Shown piece by piece: positions 37,422 through 47,076 of a stretch of DNA of 64,000 nucleotides (its first letter is position 1; the number at the start of each line of letters is the position of its first letter). This DNA comes from Planctomycetota bacterium. GTDB taxonomy: Bacteria; Planctomycetota; UBA8108; UBA1146; JAJFFE01. The notes below the pieces were generated by a model. The model did no database searches, was not told where the DNA came from, and was given only the letters and a program-made list of their open reading frames with translations. Location of the stretch: contig JBCCHQ010000001.1 of the NCBI GenBank assembly GCA_039028735.1, positions 4,585-68,584 on the forward strand. Direction: 5' to 3'. The translations under genes and the position numbers were made by a program.

Positions 37422-39793
37422 GAAACGGCTCCTTCCGGGGTTTCGCTTTCAGCACTGTGTGCGGTTGTTTCGACGACGTCACTGCCTGGCGCGGTCCGGT
37501 CTCCCTTGTCGAACGCTAGCAGCAGCGCTGGCAGCAACAGGAAGTCAGCAATGAATGCACAAGCAATCGTCAAAGACGTCAGCACACCCATATACGATGT
37601 AACTCGAAAAACACTCAATCCAAGCATCGCAAATCCGATCGACAACACAATCGTTGTCACGAAGATCGCACTCCCTGCATGGCGGAAAGCGTAGCGGAGT
37701 GAATCTGCCGCATCATCCCCGCGGCGACGGGCACGGTTGTACTTCGACAGGAAGTGCACAGTGTCGTCGACGATGATCCCCAGCGACAACGGACCGACGA
37801 CCGAGATCGCGAATCCAATCGTGCCCTCGACATAGCCCCAGACTCCGAAAGCCATCAATGCCGGCGTCAGGTTGGGCATCAAGCTGAGAAATCCAAGTCG
37901 GACATCGCGAAAGACCAGAAACAGTACGAGCGCAATCAGTGACAGTCCGAGAGTCCCGCCGATAACCATCGCCCACAAGTTGCGATGCGTGATGTTCGTA
38001 AACATCAAAGCCGTCCCGCTGGGACCGATGACTTCGAGGCCCTTCTCGCGCAGCCAGGTCTGAGAGAGCTCGCCGTCGACGGCCAAAACCGAAGTAGCCA
38101 CGTTGCCGTAAGTCACATCGACTCGAACGGATCTCTTGTCGATATCGATCTCGTCATTCAGGTCGAGCCCGTACGGTAGAGATAGCTCGTACAGCAATAG
38201 GTACTGCGAAGCGAGCTCCTGCGAATCGGGCAATCGATAGTACGACTCGTCGTCGCCATGCATGTTCTTGTTCAGACGCTTCATCGTGTCCGCGAAGCTC
38301 CGCACATGCGCCACCCCGGGGCGTGCTCGCAGCCATTCGGTGAACTCTTCGAGTTTGCCGAGGAACTCTGGATCACAGATCCCCTGCGACTCGCCAGAGT
38401 CGATCGAATAGCTGTTCACGAACAGCCCACCGATGGTGTCGACTGCAAAGTCAGCGGACCTCCGAAACTCCATGGACTCATCGAAGTATTGCCAGAACTT
38501 GTCTGAGATCGTCAGCCGTCCCATCCCGGCGATCAAGCCTACCGAGAACAGCGCCACGACGATCGCCAACGGGCGGCTGTGGGCAATCACCCATTCGCCC
38601 GTTGCGATCGCCCAGCGCGTCGACAGCGTCAAGCGCCCGCCACTCGAAGCGGGAAGAATCGCCAGGAAGGCTGGCAGCAACGTCATCGAGAAGGCCCAGG
38701 CGAACATGACGCCACCGGCAGTCACGTTGCCAAGCAGGCGGTATGGTGGCGACTCGCTGAGGTTAAGACTGAGGAAAGCGATCGCTGTTGTCACACTGGT
38801 CAAGAACACCGGCATCGCGTTGAGGCGCAACGACTCGATCAAAGCCTCTCGCCGAGAGTGACCGCTGCGCAGTTGATCGAGAAACGTGATCAAGATGTGA
38901 ATCGAGTCCGCAACAGCGAGGGTCAAAACGATCGTTGGCGCAGACGCGCTCGCGGGATCCAGCATCCAGCCCAGTAGCCCAACGACACCCAGAGTCACGA
39001 GCACCGAACAGAAGATCACCGCGAACATACCTACGGTGCTAACGATCGAGCGCAGCAAGATCGTCGTTGCGAGCACCAGCGCGGCGAACAACAGCGGCAT
39101 CACGAACGGCATGTCGCGCTCGGGGGCTTCGGCAAAGGCTGTGTTCGCTGGAATGACGCCGGAACTATGGAAGGTGTGATCCGGGTACTTCTCACGGTAC
39201 TCCGCAACCATACCCCGAATGTGCGTGATCGCCTGCTTCAGTTCGGTGCTGTCTTTGCCGGGAAGCACGACCCGCACGTTCACTGCAGTCGTGCGCCGGT
39301 CGTCTGTGATGAGGCGACGTGCGATGATCGGTTCGGACGCGGACACGCGGTCTGCGCGCGCAGCAATCGCTTCTGTAATGTCGCCGTCGGGAACTAGGTC
39401 CTCGACGATCAGGTCATCGCCCTGTGCCCAGGTGTGCTGAAAGTTCGACAGAGAGTCGACGCGTTGGGAGAACGGGATCTGCCAAGAGTCTTCGGTGAGG
39501 TCGCGGACCAATGACAGCGTGCGCTCCGTGAAGACATGCTCCCCCTCGGGGGGCTGCACCAGGAAGACCACGTTGTCGTTCGTCGTGTAGATGTGCTCGA
39601 TCGCGTCGAACGCCTTCAGGTCCGGATTCTCACCGGCGAAGAAGACGCGGTAGTTCTGCGCGAGCCGCACATCTTTGATGCCAACCGCCAACAAGGCGAC
39701 GACGCCGAGCGACGCGAAGAACACCAACCAGCGACGAGCAATCACCCATTCGGCGTAGCGGATGACCGCCGGCGCCTTCGTCTCTGACTCCAT
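37418..39793 (-). CDS. RND-superfamily exporter (MMPL/HpnN-like, 12 TM, two large periplasmic loops)
   Basis: ATG 39793 (MESETKAPAVIRY...) is preferred over the track TTG 39817. It has a duplicated 6-TM architecture with two periplasmic domains. It is about 790 aa. Confidence 0.8.
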   Translation of the reverse strand: MESETKAPAVIRYAEWVIARRWLVFFASLGVVALLAVGIKDVRLAQNYRVFFAGENPDLKAFDAIEHIYTTNDNVVFLVQPPEGEHVFTERTLSLVRDLTEDSWQIPFSQRVDSLSNFQHTWAQGDDLIVEDLVPDGDITEAIAARADRVSASEPIIARRLITDDRRTTAVNVRVVLPGKDSTELKQAITHIRGMVAEYREKYPDHTFHSSGVIPANTAFAEAPERDMPFVMPLLFAALVLATTILLRSIVSTVGMFAVIFCSVLVTLGVVGLLGWMLDPASASAPTIVLTLAVADSIHILITFLDQLRSGHSRREALIESLRLNAMPVFLTSVTTAIAFLSLNLSESPPYRLLGNVTAGGVMFAWAFSMTLLPAFLAILPASSGGRLTLSTRWAIATGEWVIAHSRPLAIVVALFSVGLIAGMGRLTISDKFWQYFDESMEFRRSADFAVDTIGGLFVNSYSIDSGESQGICDPEFLGKLEEFTEWLRARPGVAHVRSFADTMKRLNKNMHGDDESYYRLPDSQELASQYLLLYELSLPYGLDLNDEIDIDKRSVRVDVTYGNVATSVLAVDGELSQTWLREKGLEVIGPSGTALMFTNITHRNLWAMVIGGTLGLSLIALVLFLVFRDVRLGFLSLMPNLTPALMAFGVWGYVEGTIGFAISVVGPLSLGIIVDDTVHFLSKYNRARRRGDDAADSLRYAFRHAGSAIFVTTIVLSIGFAMLGLSVFRVTSYMGVLTSLTIACAFIADFLLLPALLLAFDKGDRTAPGSDVVETTAHSAESETPEGAVS

Positions 39794-39856
39794 AAGATCC
39801 TGTCCTTCCAAAGGCAACAGTCTCTATCACAGTTACAGTTTATGCACCAAAAAATG

Positions 39857-40297
39857 CTACTTCCGCTGCGCCATCCACTGCTCGAGGTCAGCTGCAGCGT
39901 CGACGCCGATGTCGGCAATCGTCGTCTGCGCGAGCACTGCTTCCAATGCTTCTTCGGCGTCACCAAGCACGCGGGTGATCCACTCCTTCACCGAGCCGGC
40001 GATCGGACACTTCTTCTGCGGGGCATGAAGCGCAAACAACGTGTCGTGCTCGGCCAGTCGAAACACGTCACGTAGAGAGATCGTTTGCGGATCAACGACG
40101 AGGCGCGCTCCCCCATGGACACCTGCCTGGGTCTGCACCCAGCCCTCGCCAACGAGCAGCGCGAGCATCCGGCGAATCACCGCCGGATTGGTATCGACCG
40201 ACTTGGCCAGCATCGCTGAGCTCAGATACTCCTGAGGCACCACCGACAGGCAGACCAGAATATGGGTCAGTACTGGGAATCGCGTGCATTGCGCCAC
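39857..40297 (-). CDS. Rrf2/BadM-family transcriptional regulator
   Basis: GTG 40297 with an AAGGAG RBS is preferred. The track ORF extends to 40423 by reading through the operator palindrome. The wHTH is LTHILVCLSVVPQEYLSSAMLAKSVDTNPAVIRRMLALLVGEGWV. Confidence 0.7.
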   Translation of the reverse strand: MAQCTRFPVLTHILVCLSVVPQEYLSSAMLAKSVDTNPAVIRRMLALLVGEGWVQTQAGVHGGARLVVDPQTISLRDVFRLAEHDTLFALHAPQKKCPIAGSVKEWITRVLGDAEEALEAVLAQTTIADIGVDAAADLEQWMAQRK

Positions 40298-40313
40298 GGG
40301 CGCTCTCCTTCCA

Positions 40314-40342
40314 CTAACCGTAACATACACAGTTACGGTTAG
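40314..40342. promoter_or_regulatory. Perfect 11-bp inverted repeat with a 7-bp spacer (CTAACCGTAAC-ATACACA-GTTACGGTTAG), candidate Rrf2 operator
   Basis: It sits 17-45 nt upstream of the Rrf2 GTG. A near-identical half-site CACAGTTACAGTT lies at 39827-39839 in the Rrf2-RND spacer. Confidence 0.5.
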
Positions 40343-40428
40343 CGGCGGCAAGGCAAATCCGGGAAAAGAGCTGTAAGACGCGGTGGCGATTGGCCTCGCG
40401 GTGCCCACGACTCTGCAGGTCATTCAGT

Positions 40429-41406
40429 TCAGGGGCAGGGGGTGTAAGCCGCGCAGTGGAGGGCGTCGACGGTTGGGTCCCAGCCGCACGTCGACGGCCC
40501 AACCAGCGGAATGGTCGGCGAGCCAAACAGCGCGTTCAGCAGCGCGATCACGTCGACGAGGTTCAACCCCCCATCGTCGTTGCCGTCGCAGGCATCGTCG
40601 CAATCGATCGGCGGCGGCGTCGTCTGCGGGAACAGATTGCCCAATAGGACGATCGCATCGCTGAGGCTAAAGCTCCCGTCCCCACTGCAATCGCCTCGCA
40701 CGAACTCAGGCGCCGTTGTGTCTATGATCAAGTCGTCGAACACAAACGTATTGTCAGTGCCTAGCTCGATGATCTCGACGCGCTTGATGCCAATGCCCGC
40801 AGTCACGCTGAGTGGTGCAAAGACCATCGTCGTCACCGTCGCGCTGGCCAATTCAAAATCATTCTCATCGTAGGCGCGCATCTCGAACGTCGCGGGGGAC
40901 TGCCCACCCGCCACCGAGATCGTCACACCGCTGACCGGCATGTCGAAGTGGATTTGTTGCGGGTCTGTCGGCAGATGCCCGTTCGAGAAGTTGGCCTGGC
41001 GGTTGAACGCAAGAAAATTGCTACCGCTTTGGGCTGGCACACCGAAGCTGGAACCATCATTGAGGATGCCGCCTCCGGTGCCGGTAGCGAAGCCGCTGAA
41101 GTGCACTCCCCAAGCCGAGTAGGTCTCGGTCAGGGCGGTCGTCGAGCTGAAGTTCACGGGTGCAACGATCGGCAGTCCGCTGGCATCGACATCGAAGTTG
41201 ATGACAACCGGTCCCGCGCCAGGAGCAACCGTCGCGAGGGCAATGGCCATCGCGAGAGTGACAACGGCGAGTGTCCCTGGTTGCAGAGGCCTGAATAATC
41301 GGAGCCAGCATGATGGGAGCCAGAATAATCGCAGACTGCGTACTGGGAGCCTGCGCAATGACTGCTTGCCAACTGCCCACTTCACGAAAGAACGGATCGG
41401 CGGCAT
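40429..41406 (-). CDS. Secreted protein of unknown function with a C-terminal Cys-containing dockerin-like module
   Basis: ATG 41406 has a strong GGAGAGGAG RBS. The signal/h-region is near LAVVTLAMAIALATVA, so the true start may be further downstream. The central beta-rich domain is unassigned. The tail is FVRGDCSGDGSFS...CDDACDGNDDGGLN...TPCP-stop. Confidence 0.6.
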   Translation of the reverse strand: MPPIRSFVKWAVGKQSLRRLPVRSLRLFWLPSCWLRLFRPLQPGTLAVVTLAMAIALATVAPGAGPVVINFDVDASGLPIVAPVNFSSTTALTETYSAWGVHFSGFATGTGGGILNDGSSFGVPAQSGSNFLAFNRQANFSNGHLPTDPQQIHFDMPVSGVTISVAGGQSPATFEMRAYDENDFELASATVTTMVFAPLSVTAGIGIKRVEIIELGTDNTFVFDDLIIDTTAPEFVRGDCSGDGSFSLSDAIVLLGNLFPQTTPPPIDCDDACDGNDDGGLNLVDVIALLNALFGSPTIPLVGPSTCGWDPTVDALHCAAYTPCP

Positions 41407-41534
41407 CGATCCTCTCCTCTCCCCACAACCACCGCTCCAGTATCGCGCGAACCCGCACGATCTCAAGCATGGCGTCGGGTCAGCGCTGACAAACCGGCAA
41501 CCCAGATTATTGTTAGTATTTGGGAGCGTGGGGT

Positions 41535-42752
41535 TTACGTCGAGCTACGACGAATACTGCCGAGCAGCGGTAAACAGACGAGAAGGAACGCTAGCGCGAA
41601 AATCGCGCCGAACGTCCCCAAGCCGGTCGGGTAGCCGTAAACGTCAATCAAGGCACCTAGTAACAGGCCGAGGGCCGCAAACAGCAGCCGCACCCCAAGG
41701 CTCGACAGCGAGTTCGCAGTCGCTCGAAGCTCTGCTGGCACGCGTTCGTTGAGGGCAGCCTTGATCACGACCTGCGTCAGTCCACGACCGATCTGGAACG
41801 TCGCGCCGAAGAGCAAGCCCCCGCCGATCGCGATCCAGATCGGGACATTGGTGAGCGCGCAGGCGGCCATCCCGAGATAGCCGACGATGGGAACGATCCC
41901 GATGATCAAGACGACTCGAGATGCCCCCAGCCTTTTCTCGATCCGATGCGCGTAGTGTCCCGTCACGGCGACGATGAGGTTGTACCCCGCCCAAGCGAAG
42001 CCAAAGAACCATAAACTTATCCCTAGCTGTTCCCAGTAGCCCTGAAACACCCAGACGGCGAGCAATGTCGACAACCCATAAGCGACCAGCGCTAGGAACG
42101 ACTGGCGCAAGATCGGCGTCGTACAAAAGATGACCCCAAAGATGCGCCCAAAGTTCTCGCGATGTTGCCACTGCGCTTTGGCGCGCGGCGGCTCGACCAA
42201 CGTCACAGCGACCAAGAGTGGCAACCAAGCGACGACAGCATTGAGGAATGCGGGCCACCAGAGTCCTGCCAAGACCAGCGCCCCGCCAATGGGAGCCGCA
42301 ACGGTCTCCCCCACTTGCGACCAGAACAGGCGACGACCGAGGATGCGCGTCGTTCGCTCTGGTTCACCAAGTGCAGCTTCCGTGTCGTAGAGCAGAGCAA
42401 CATCACTGCCCGAGAAAAAGCTCTGCCCGAGGGCTGCCAGAACTTCGAACACGACGAAGCCAGAAAACGACGATGACGTCGCCAGGACCGTGAAGGCGAG
42501 GCCGTGAAACACTCCAGCTACGATCAGAGAGTTGCGACGGCCGCAAAGGTCTGCGATGTATCCGGACGGAACTTCGAACACGACAATGCAGACCGCAAAG
42601 ATCGCCTGCAGCTGGAAGACTTGCTCCATGCTCAGACCGTACTGCCGCAAGAACGGCACGATCACCGGCATGATCAACAGGAACATCCACAGGCTGTTCA
42701 GGAACAGCACCTTCGAGATGTTTGCGCGCAGACGCTCGGGACCCACCGACAA
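41535..42752 (-). CDS. MFS transporter
   Basis: It has 12 predicted TM helices. The MFS loop motif is GYIADLCGRR. Confidence 0.8.
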   Translation of the reverse strand: MSVGPERLRANISKVLFLNSLWMFLLIMPVIVPFLRQYGLSMEQVFQLQAIFAVCIVVFEVPSGYIADLCGRRNSLIVAGVFHGLAFTVLATSSSFSGFVVFEVLAALGQSFFSGSDVALLYDTEAALGEPERTTRILGRRLFWSQVGETVAAPIGGALVLAGLWWPAFLNAVVAWLPLLVAVTLVEPPRAKAQWQHRENFGRIFGVIFCTTPILRQSFLALVAYGLSTLLAVWVFQGYWEQLGISLWFFGFAWAGYNLIVAVTGHYAHRIEKRLGASRVVLIIGIVPIVGYLGMAACALTNVPIWIAIGGGLLFGATFQIGRGLTQVVIKAALNERVPAELRATANSLSSLGVRLLFAALGLLLGALIDVYGYPTGLGTFGAIFALAFLLVCLPLLGSIRRSST

Positions 42753-42791
42753 CTCATGCCTCTCTCGAGTGCGGCCGGCAGCCGCGCCTGA

Positions 42792-43907
42792 CTAGCGGAT
42801 CTTCTCCAGTGTCTTGCCCAACTTGAAGCCGTCGGCGTAGCCAGGCTTGGTGACCCCATTGACGAGAAGCACTGATTTCATCGGTCCGTCGACATCCTTG
42901 ACGAAGAAGACAACGACCCGTCCCGCCTTGCCGGGCAAGCGATAGAGGTTCAACGTCTGCCCCTCGTGGTGAACCACTCGATCGGGCTCACCGACCGCAT
43001 CGCGTACCCATGCGAAACTCTCGAGGTAAGCAATCTCGCGAAAGAGCTGCAAGCGGCGGGCGCGAACGAAGACACTCATCATCGCTTCCCGGACCAGGTC
43101 TACTTCGCCCCGCATTTCTCGCTGTTGTTGCTCATCGACCTCGCCGGCTGTCTGCCACGACTGCGGCGGGCCTTCCATCCATTGCTTGCGTTTAGTGATC
43201 TTGGCCGGCCCATTCTTCGGAATCACCCACACTTGCTGCTCGAGCCCGAGCGCGCACGAGCCTGACATCGTCAACAACAGCTGCTTGGCCACGTAGCCTG
43301 TACCCTTGCCGTTCTTGACAGCCGTGGCGCGGAAGAAGTCAGGCTTTCCTTCGCTTGCCTTCACAGACCAGTGCTGTAGTTGATCGGCCGCATCTTGAAC
43401 TTGCGCGATGATCTCGCCAAAGATCTCCGGTGTCTTCACAACGATCCCGCCTGTAAGCACCCGCACCAGCTGCAACGCTGACAAGTCACTTCGGAGATCG
43501 AGCAATTGGTATGCATTGTCCGCACGCAACTCGTAGCCAATGCCAGCGGCGCGCTCGTCTGCGTTCGCCAATACCAAGTAGGGGAAGCGATCGCGCATAC
43601 CACGCGGCCCCCGAAAGAACTCACGATGCTCCTTCGGCGGCAGGTACTTGAAGTTCAGCGTGACCGGCGTCCAACGGCTCATCTTACGCCGATGCGGAAT
43701 CTTCGCCTGCCGCTTGTCGGTCGTAGCGGGCTTTGGTGTGTCGGGTTTCGCCGGTTTCGTGGTTGGCTTGCCCGGCGCCGGCGGCTGCGGCCGCGAGGTC
43801 GACTCTTGGCCGCGTGTTGGATCGCTTGCCAGCAAGAGCAACGGCAGTAGCAGAAGTAGCATCCAACGGCTGGATCGTGTGGTGGAAGTCATGGTGTCTC
43901 GTTTCAT
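42792..43907 (-). CDS. Hypothetical secreted protein with a Pro/Thr/Lys-rich linker
   Basis: Start ATG 43907 or 43892 (MKRDTMTSTTRSSRWMLLLLLPLLLLA signal). The PAPGKPTTKPAKPDTPKPATT linker follows. A ~300 aa domain with no recognisable motifs follows. Confidence 0.4.
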   Translation of the reverse strand: MKRDTMTSTTRSSRWMLLLLLPLLLLASDPTRGQESTSRPQPPAPGKPTTKPAKPDTPKPATTDKRQAKIPHRRKMSRWTPVTLNFKYLPPKEHREFFRGPRGMRDRFPYLVLANADERAAGIGYELRADNAYQLLDLRSDLSALQLVRVLTGGIVVKTPEIFGEIIAQVQDAADQLQHWSVKASEGKPDFFRATAVKNGKGTGYVAKQLLLTMSGSCALGLEQQVWVIPKNGPAKITKRKQWMEGPPQSWQTAGEVDEQQQREMRGEVDLVREAMMSVFVRARRLQLFREIAYLESFAWVRDAVGEPDRVVHHEGQTLNLYRLPGKAGRVVVFFVKDVDGPMKSVLLVNGVTKPGYADGFKLGKTLEKIR

Positions 43908-44091
43908 TCTACTGCGGCCATCTCCAAGCCCCAACGCTTCACGCTGCAAACAACCTTGGATCGCTTCGCCGGAGCGCGTCCTGACTTGAGCTCCTAGGGG
44001 TACGCCCATCGCTAGCCTACGACGCTGCGACTCGGCTATTCACTTCATCGCACTCCGTTGCCGCAGAAACAGCTCAGGGAGCGAGCCGCCG

Positions 44092-44505
44092 CTAGAAGGG
44101 CTTTACCCAAACCAGGTATCCGGCGCAGCCGCCCAATGCAACGATCAGCCACCACCATACGGTCGAGAGCCCCGGCTTGCGACTGATCAGCGCAACGCTG
44201 CCTCCCAACGCCAGCCAGATCCCCATCTTCGCCAGCAGCCAACCGTCGGTAAGCTGAATGGTGTCCTTCATCTTCACCTGGAGGCCGAAGCCAGCCACGA
44301 TGATGATCACAAGCCCGATCCCGTGCCCAACCACAGCGAGGAAGCGCGCGGCACGACTGCCCCCTTCGCCAGACCGGGCGCAAGCGATCAGTGCACCCAA
44401 CGACATGAACGTCAGCAGGATCCCGACTAGGTGTAGGACTCGATAGACCGTCTCAGACACGGGACTTCCTTTCGCGAAGCGGTTTCTCGGCAAGGCCACC
44501 TCCAC
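44092..44505 (-). CDS. Small integral membrane protein (3-4 TM)
   Basis: Hydrophobic helices are VLHLVGILLTFMSLGALIA, GLVIIIVAGFGL and LALGGSVALI / WWWLIVALGG. The start is uncertain. Confidence 0.4.
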   Translation of the reverse strand: MEVALPRNRFAKGSPVSETVYRVLHLVGILLTFMSLGALIACARSGEGGSRAARFLAVVGHGIGLVIIIVAGFGLQVKMKDTIQLTDGWLLAKMGIWLALGGSVALISRKPGLSTVWWWLIVALGGCAGYLVWVKPF

Positions 44506-44556
44506 GGGTGAGGCGCCGCCTGGATCGCGAACAGTACCGCCTTCGGCACAATCTTC

Positions 44557-47076
44557 CTACCCACGCTTCAGGGTCGCCAGCGGTGCAGCGCGCAGCGCCG
44601 GCACGAGTGCGCCGAGGCCAGCGGCAGTCGCCAGCACCGATGCCAGGCCGATCGTCACCGGCAGCGCAGCGATCGGTAGCGAGCCACGCAGCTCCAGAAT
44701 CGAGTCCAAGAACACTCCAGCCAGCACATAGGCGCCTCCGGCACCCACACAACCCGCCACGAGACCGACAAGGGCGAACTCGAAGCCAAGGATCGTCACG
44801 ATTTGTCCGCGGCTGACGCCGAGCGCTTTCAGCAGGGCAACCTCCGCTGCACGGCGCAGCTGCGTCGCGGCGATCGCGCCGCCGAGGATAAAGATTCCGA
44901 CTGCGATCGTGAACGATCCCAACAAGCGCACGCCCGCCGCGAGTGTCGTCATGATCGACTGCACCCGCTCGAGGATACCCCGGACCCGAATGACGGTGAC
45001 GTTAGGGAAGTCGGCCGCGACCACCCTCTGCAGCTCCTGTTCGGCTGCATCATCGAGACGGATGCCAATCATGCGCACTTGCGGCGCGGCAGCCAGGGAA
45101 CCGGGCTCGGCAACCAAGAAGAAGCTGATCGCGAAGCTCTGCCAGTCGATCGCGCGCAGGCTGGTGACCTCGAAGGACTTGCGGACACCGTCGATGTCGA
45201 ATTCGAGGACCGAGCCAAGACCCGCGCCAATGTCGACGGCAAAGTCGGCATCGAGACTCACTTCATCGACTGCAGGTTTGTGCCACAGTTTGCCGGCGAC
45301 GATTTCCTGATGACTCGGAATCGCGTCGAACCAAGTGATGCGCTGTTCGCGAGTCAGCGCCCACGGCGCGCGCCGACGCCCCGCCGCGTCGCTTTGCAAT
45401 TCTTGGATGCCTTTGCCATCGATACTGCGCAGCCTCGCCATGACGACGGGCACCGGCTGCACGCTCGCGGTGTCGATCGCTGCCAAGCGACTCTCGAGCG
45501 CCGGCCACTGCTTGGGCTGCACATCCCAGAGGTACGTGCTGGGCGCACGGGCTGGCAGCGCGGACCGCAGCTGCCCACCCAGTCGATCCTCCACCAGATA
45601 CAGTCCCAGCACGACGAGCACGCCAAGACCCAGCGCCACTGTGCCACCCACGACGCCGGCAGCCGGGCGACCCAACGCTGCCACTCCGGTGCGGATGGCC
45701 GGGGAAAGACGATGGCGCGGCACCCGCGAAGAGGCGTACATCAAGAGTCGCGCACCGATCCAAAGCAGCCCCGAAACACCGACGACGATGCCAGTGAAGG
45801 CGGCGGCGAAGGCGGTGTCTGCGCCTTGCAGCGCTGCGGTTGCAAACAGCGTCACGACAATCGCGATCGGCGCCGCGATGCGCACCGCCCACGGCAGCGG
45901 CAGCGGCTCAGCAGATGCGCGCAAGACCCGCGAGGGCGGCACGCGCCAGATCGCGAGCAGTGGTGGGATCGCAAAGCCGGTCGCGACGAGGATTCCGAGA
46001 CCCGTCCCACGCAAGACGACGCCGATGTGTAACGGCGTCCGTTCGACGGCCGCAAACGCGTCCGCGAGCCAGCCAGGGACAAACGCAGCCAGCAGGCCAC
46101 CGGCGACCGCGCCGACCAAGCTGGCGCAGACGGCGAAGAAGATCACCTGTCCGACATATGCCAAAACCAGGTCTCGCTGCCGCACACCCAAGCAACGTAG
46201 CGTGGCCAGCGCGGGCGTGCGACGCGCAATCCAGGTCCGAATCACTTGGGCGATGCCAAGTCCACCCAGCAACAGAGACAGCAAGGCAACCAACCCGAGG
46301 AAGCGTTCGAAACGACCGATCGCTTCGCGCACGGCCGGCTGCGCATCGACATAGGTCTCGATCTGCAAGTAGTCCGCCTCGGGGAGCTCTTCTTTCAGGC
46401 GCACTCCCAGAGACTGCAGCGCCGCGCGCTCGACGCCCGGTAGGTAGAACAGCGCCTTGTAGCGCACCCGACTTCCAAAGCCGAGCAGTGCGGTGCGGTC
46501 GAGCCCAGCGCGGTTCATCAAAACCTTGGGGCCGAGAGAAAGCGAGAAGTCCAAGCGCTCCGGCGCCGCCGCGATCGTGCCGGCGATCGCAAACTCGGCG
46601 CCGCCGATGCGCAGCGTATCACCAACAGCGAGCGCAAACTCTCGGAGCAGCTCAGGCGCAACGACGACGTGGTTCGGCGTCAGCAGCTGCGGCAGTGGCA
46701 GCGCCGGCTCCAACGCAAGCGTGCCGTAGAATGGATAGCGGCCGTCCAGCGCCCAAACTTCGACCAGGCGCGCTTGCGCAGTTTCTGGCACCGACGCCAT
46801 CGTCGGCAGCTCGACGACATCGCAGCGTTCCCGGCCGTTGAACTCTTCCCGTTGTGCCAGCGCGTCGGGCAATGGACGCCGAGACTCGACAGAAAGATCC
46901 GCTGCCAGTAACGCGCGCGCTTGCAGCTGGAGCGTTTTGTTGATGTCTTGTACCAGCGACTCGACGCCGACGACCCCGGCCACTCCCGCGGCCAAGCAGC
47001 CGACGAAGAACGCCAATCGGCCAAAACCCCCGCGGACTTCGCGCGCGGCCAGCTTGAGTGCGAACGGCAGCTTCAT
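44557..47076 (-). CDS. ABC transporter permease with two FtsX domains (YbbP-like)
   Basis: ATG 47076. It is 839 aa with two 4-TM FtsX modules and large extracytoplasmic loops. Its stop overlaps the upstream ATPase gene (ATGA). Confidence 0.8.
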   Translation of the reverse strand: MKLPFALKLAAREVRGGFGRLAFFVGCLAAGVAGVVGVESLVQDINKTLQLQARALLAADLSVESRRPLPDALAQREEFNGRERCDVVELPTMASVPETAQARLVEVWALDGRYPFYGTLALEPALPLPQLLTPNHVVVAPELLREFALAVGDTLRIGGAEFAIAGTIAAAPERLDFSLSLGPKVLMNRAGLDRTALLGFGSRVRYKALFYLPGVERAALQSLGVRLKEELPEADYLQIETYVDAQPAVREAIGRFERFLGLVALLSLLLGGLGIAQVIRTWIARRTPALATLRCLGVRQRDLVLAYVGQVIFFAVCASLVGAVAGGLLAAFVPGWLADAFAAVERTPLHIGVVLRGTGLGILVATGFAIPPLLAIWRVPPSRVLRASAEPLPLPWAVRIAAPIAIVVTLFATAALQGADTAFAAAFTGIVVGVSGLLWIGARLLMYASSRVPRHRLSPAIRTGVAALGRPAAGVVGGTVALGLGVLVVLGLYLVEDRLGGQLRSALPARAPSTYLWDVQPKQWPALESRLAAIDTASVQPVPVVMARLRSIDGKGIQELQSDAAGRRRAPWALTREQRITWFDAIPSHQEIVAGKLWHKPAVDEVSLDADFAVDIGAGLGSVLEFDIDGVRKSFEVTSLRAIDWQSFAISFFLVAEPGSLAAAPQVRMIGIRLDDAAEQELQRVVAADFPNVTVIRVRGILERVQSIMTTLAAGVRLLGSFTIAVGIFILGGAIAATQLRRAAEVALLKALGVSRGQIVTILGFEFALVGLVAGCVGAGGAYVLAGVFLDSILELRGSLPIAALPVTIGLASVLATAAGLGALVPALRAAPLATLKRG

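Noticed and set aside
41281-41345. Short degenerate direct repeats (GAGCCAG...AATAATCG) at the 5' end of the 40429..41406 gene.
   Set aside because: They are imperfect and lie within the probable N-terminal coding or leader region. Most likely they are a small local duplication without obvious function.
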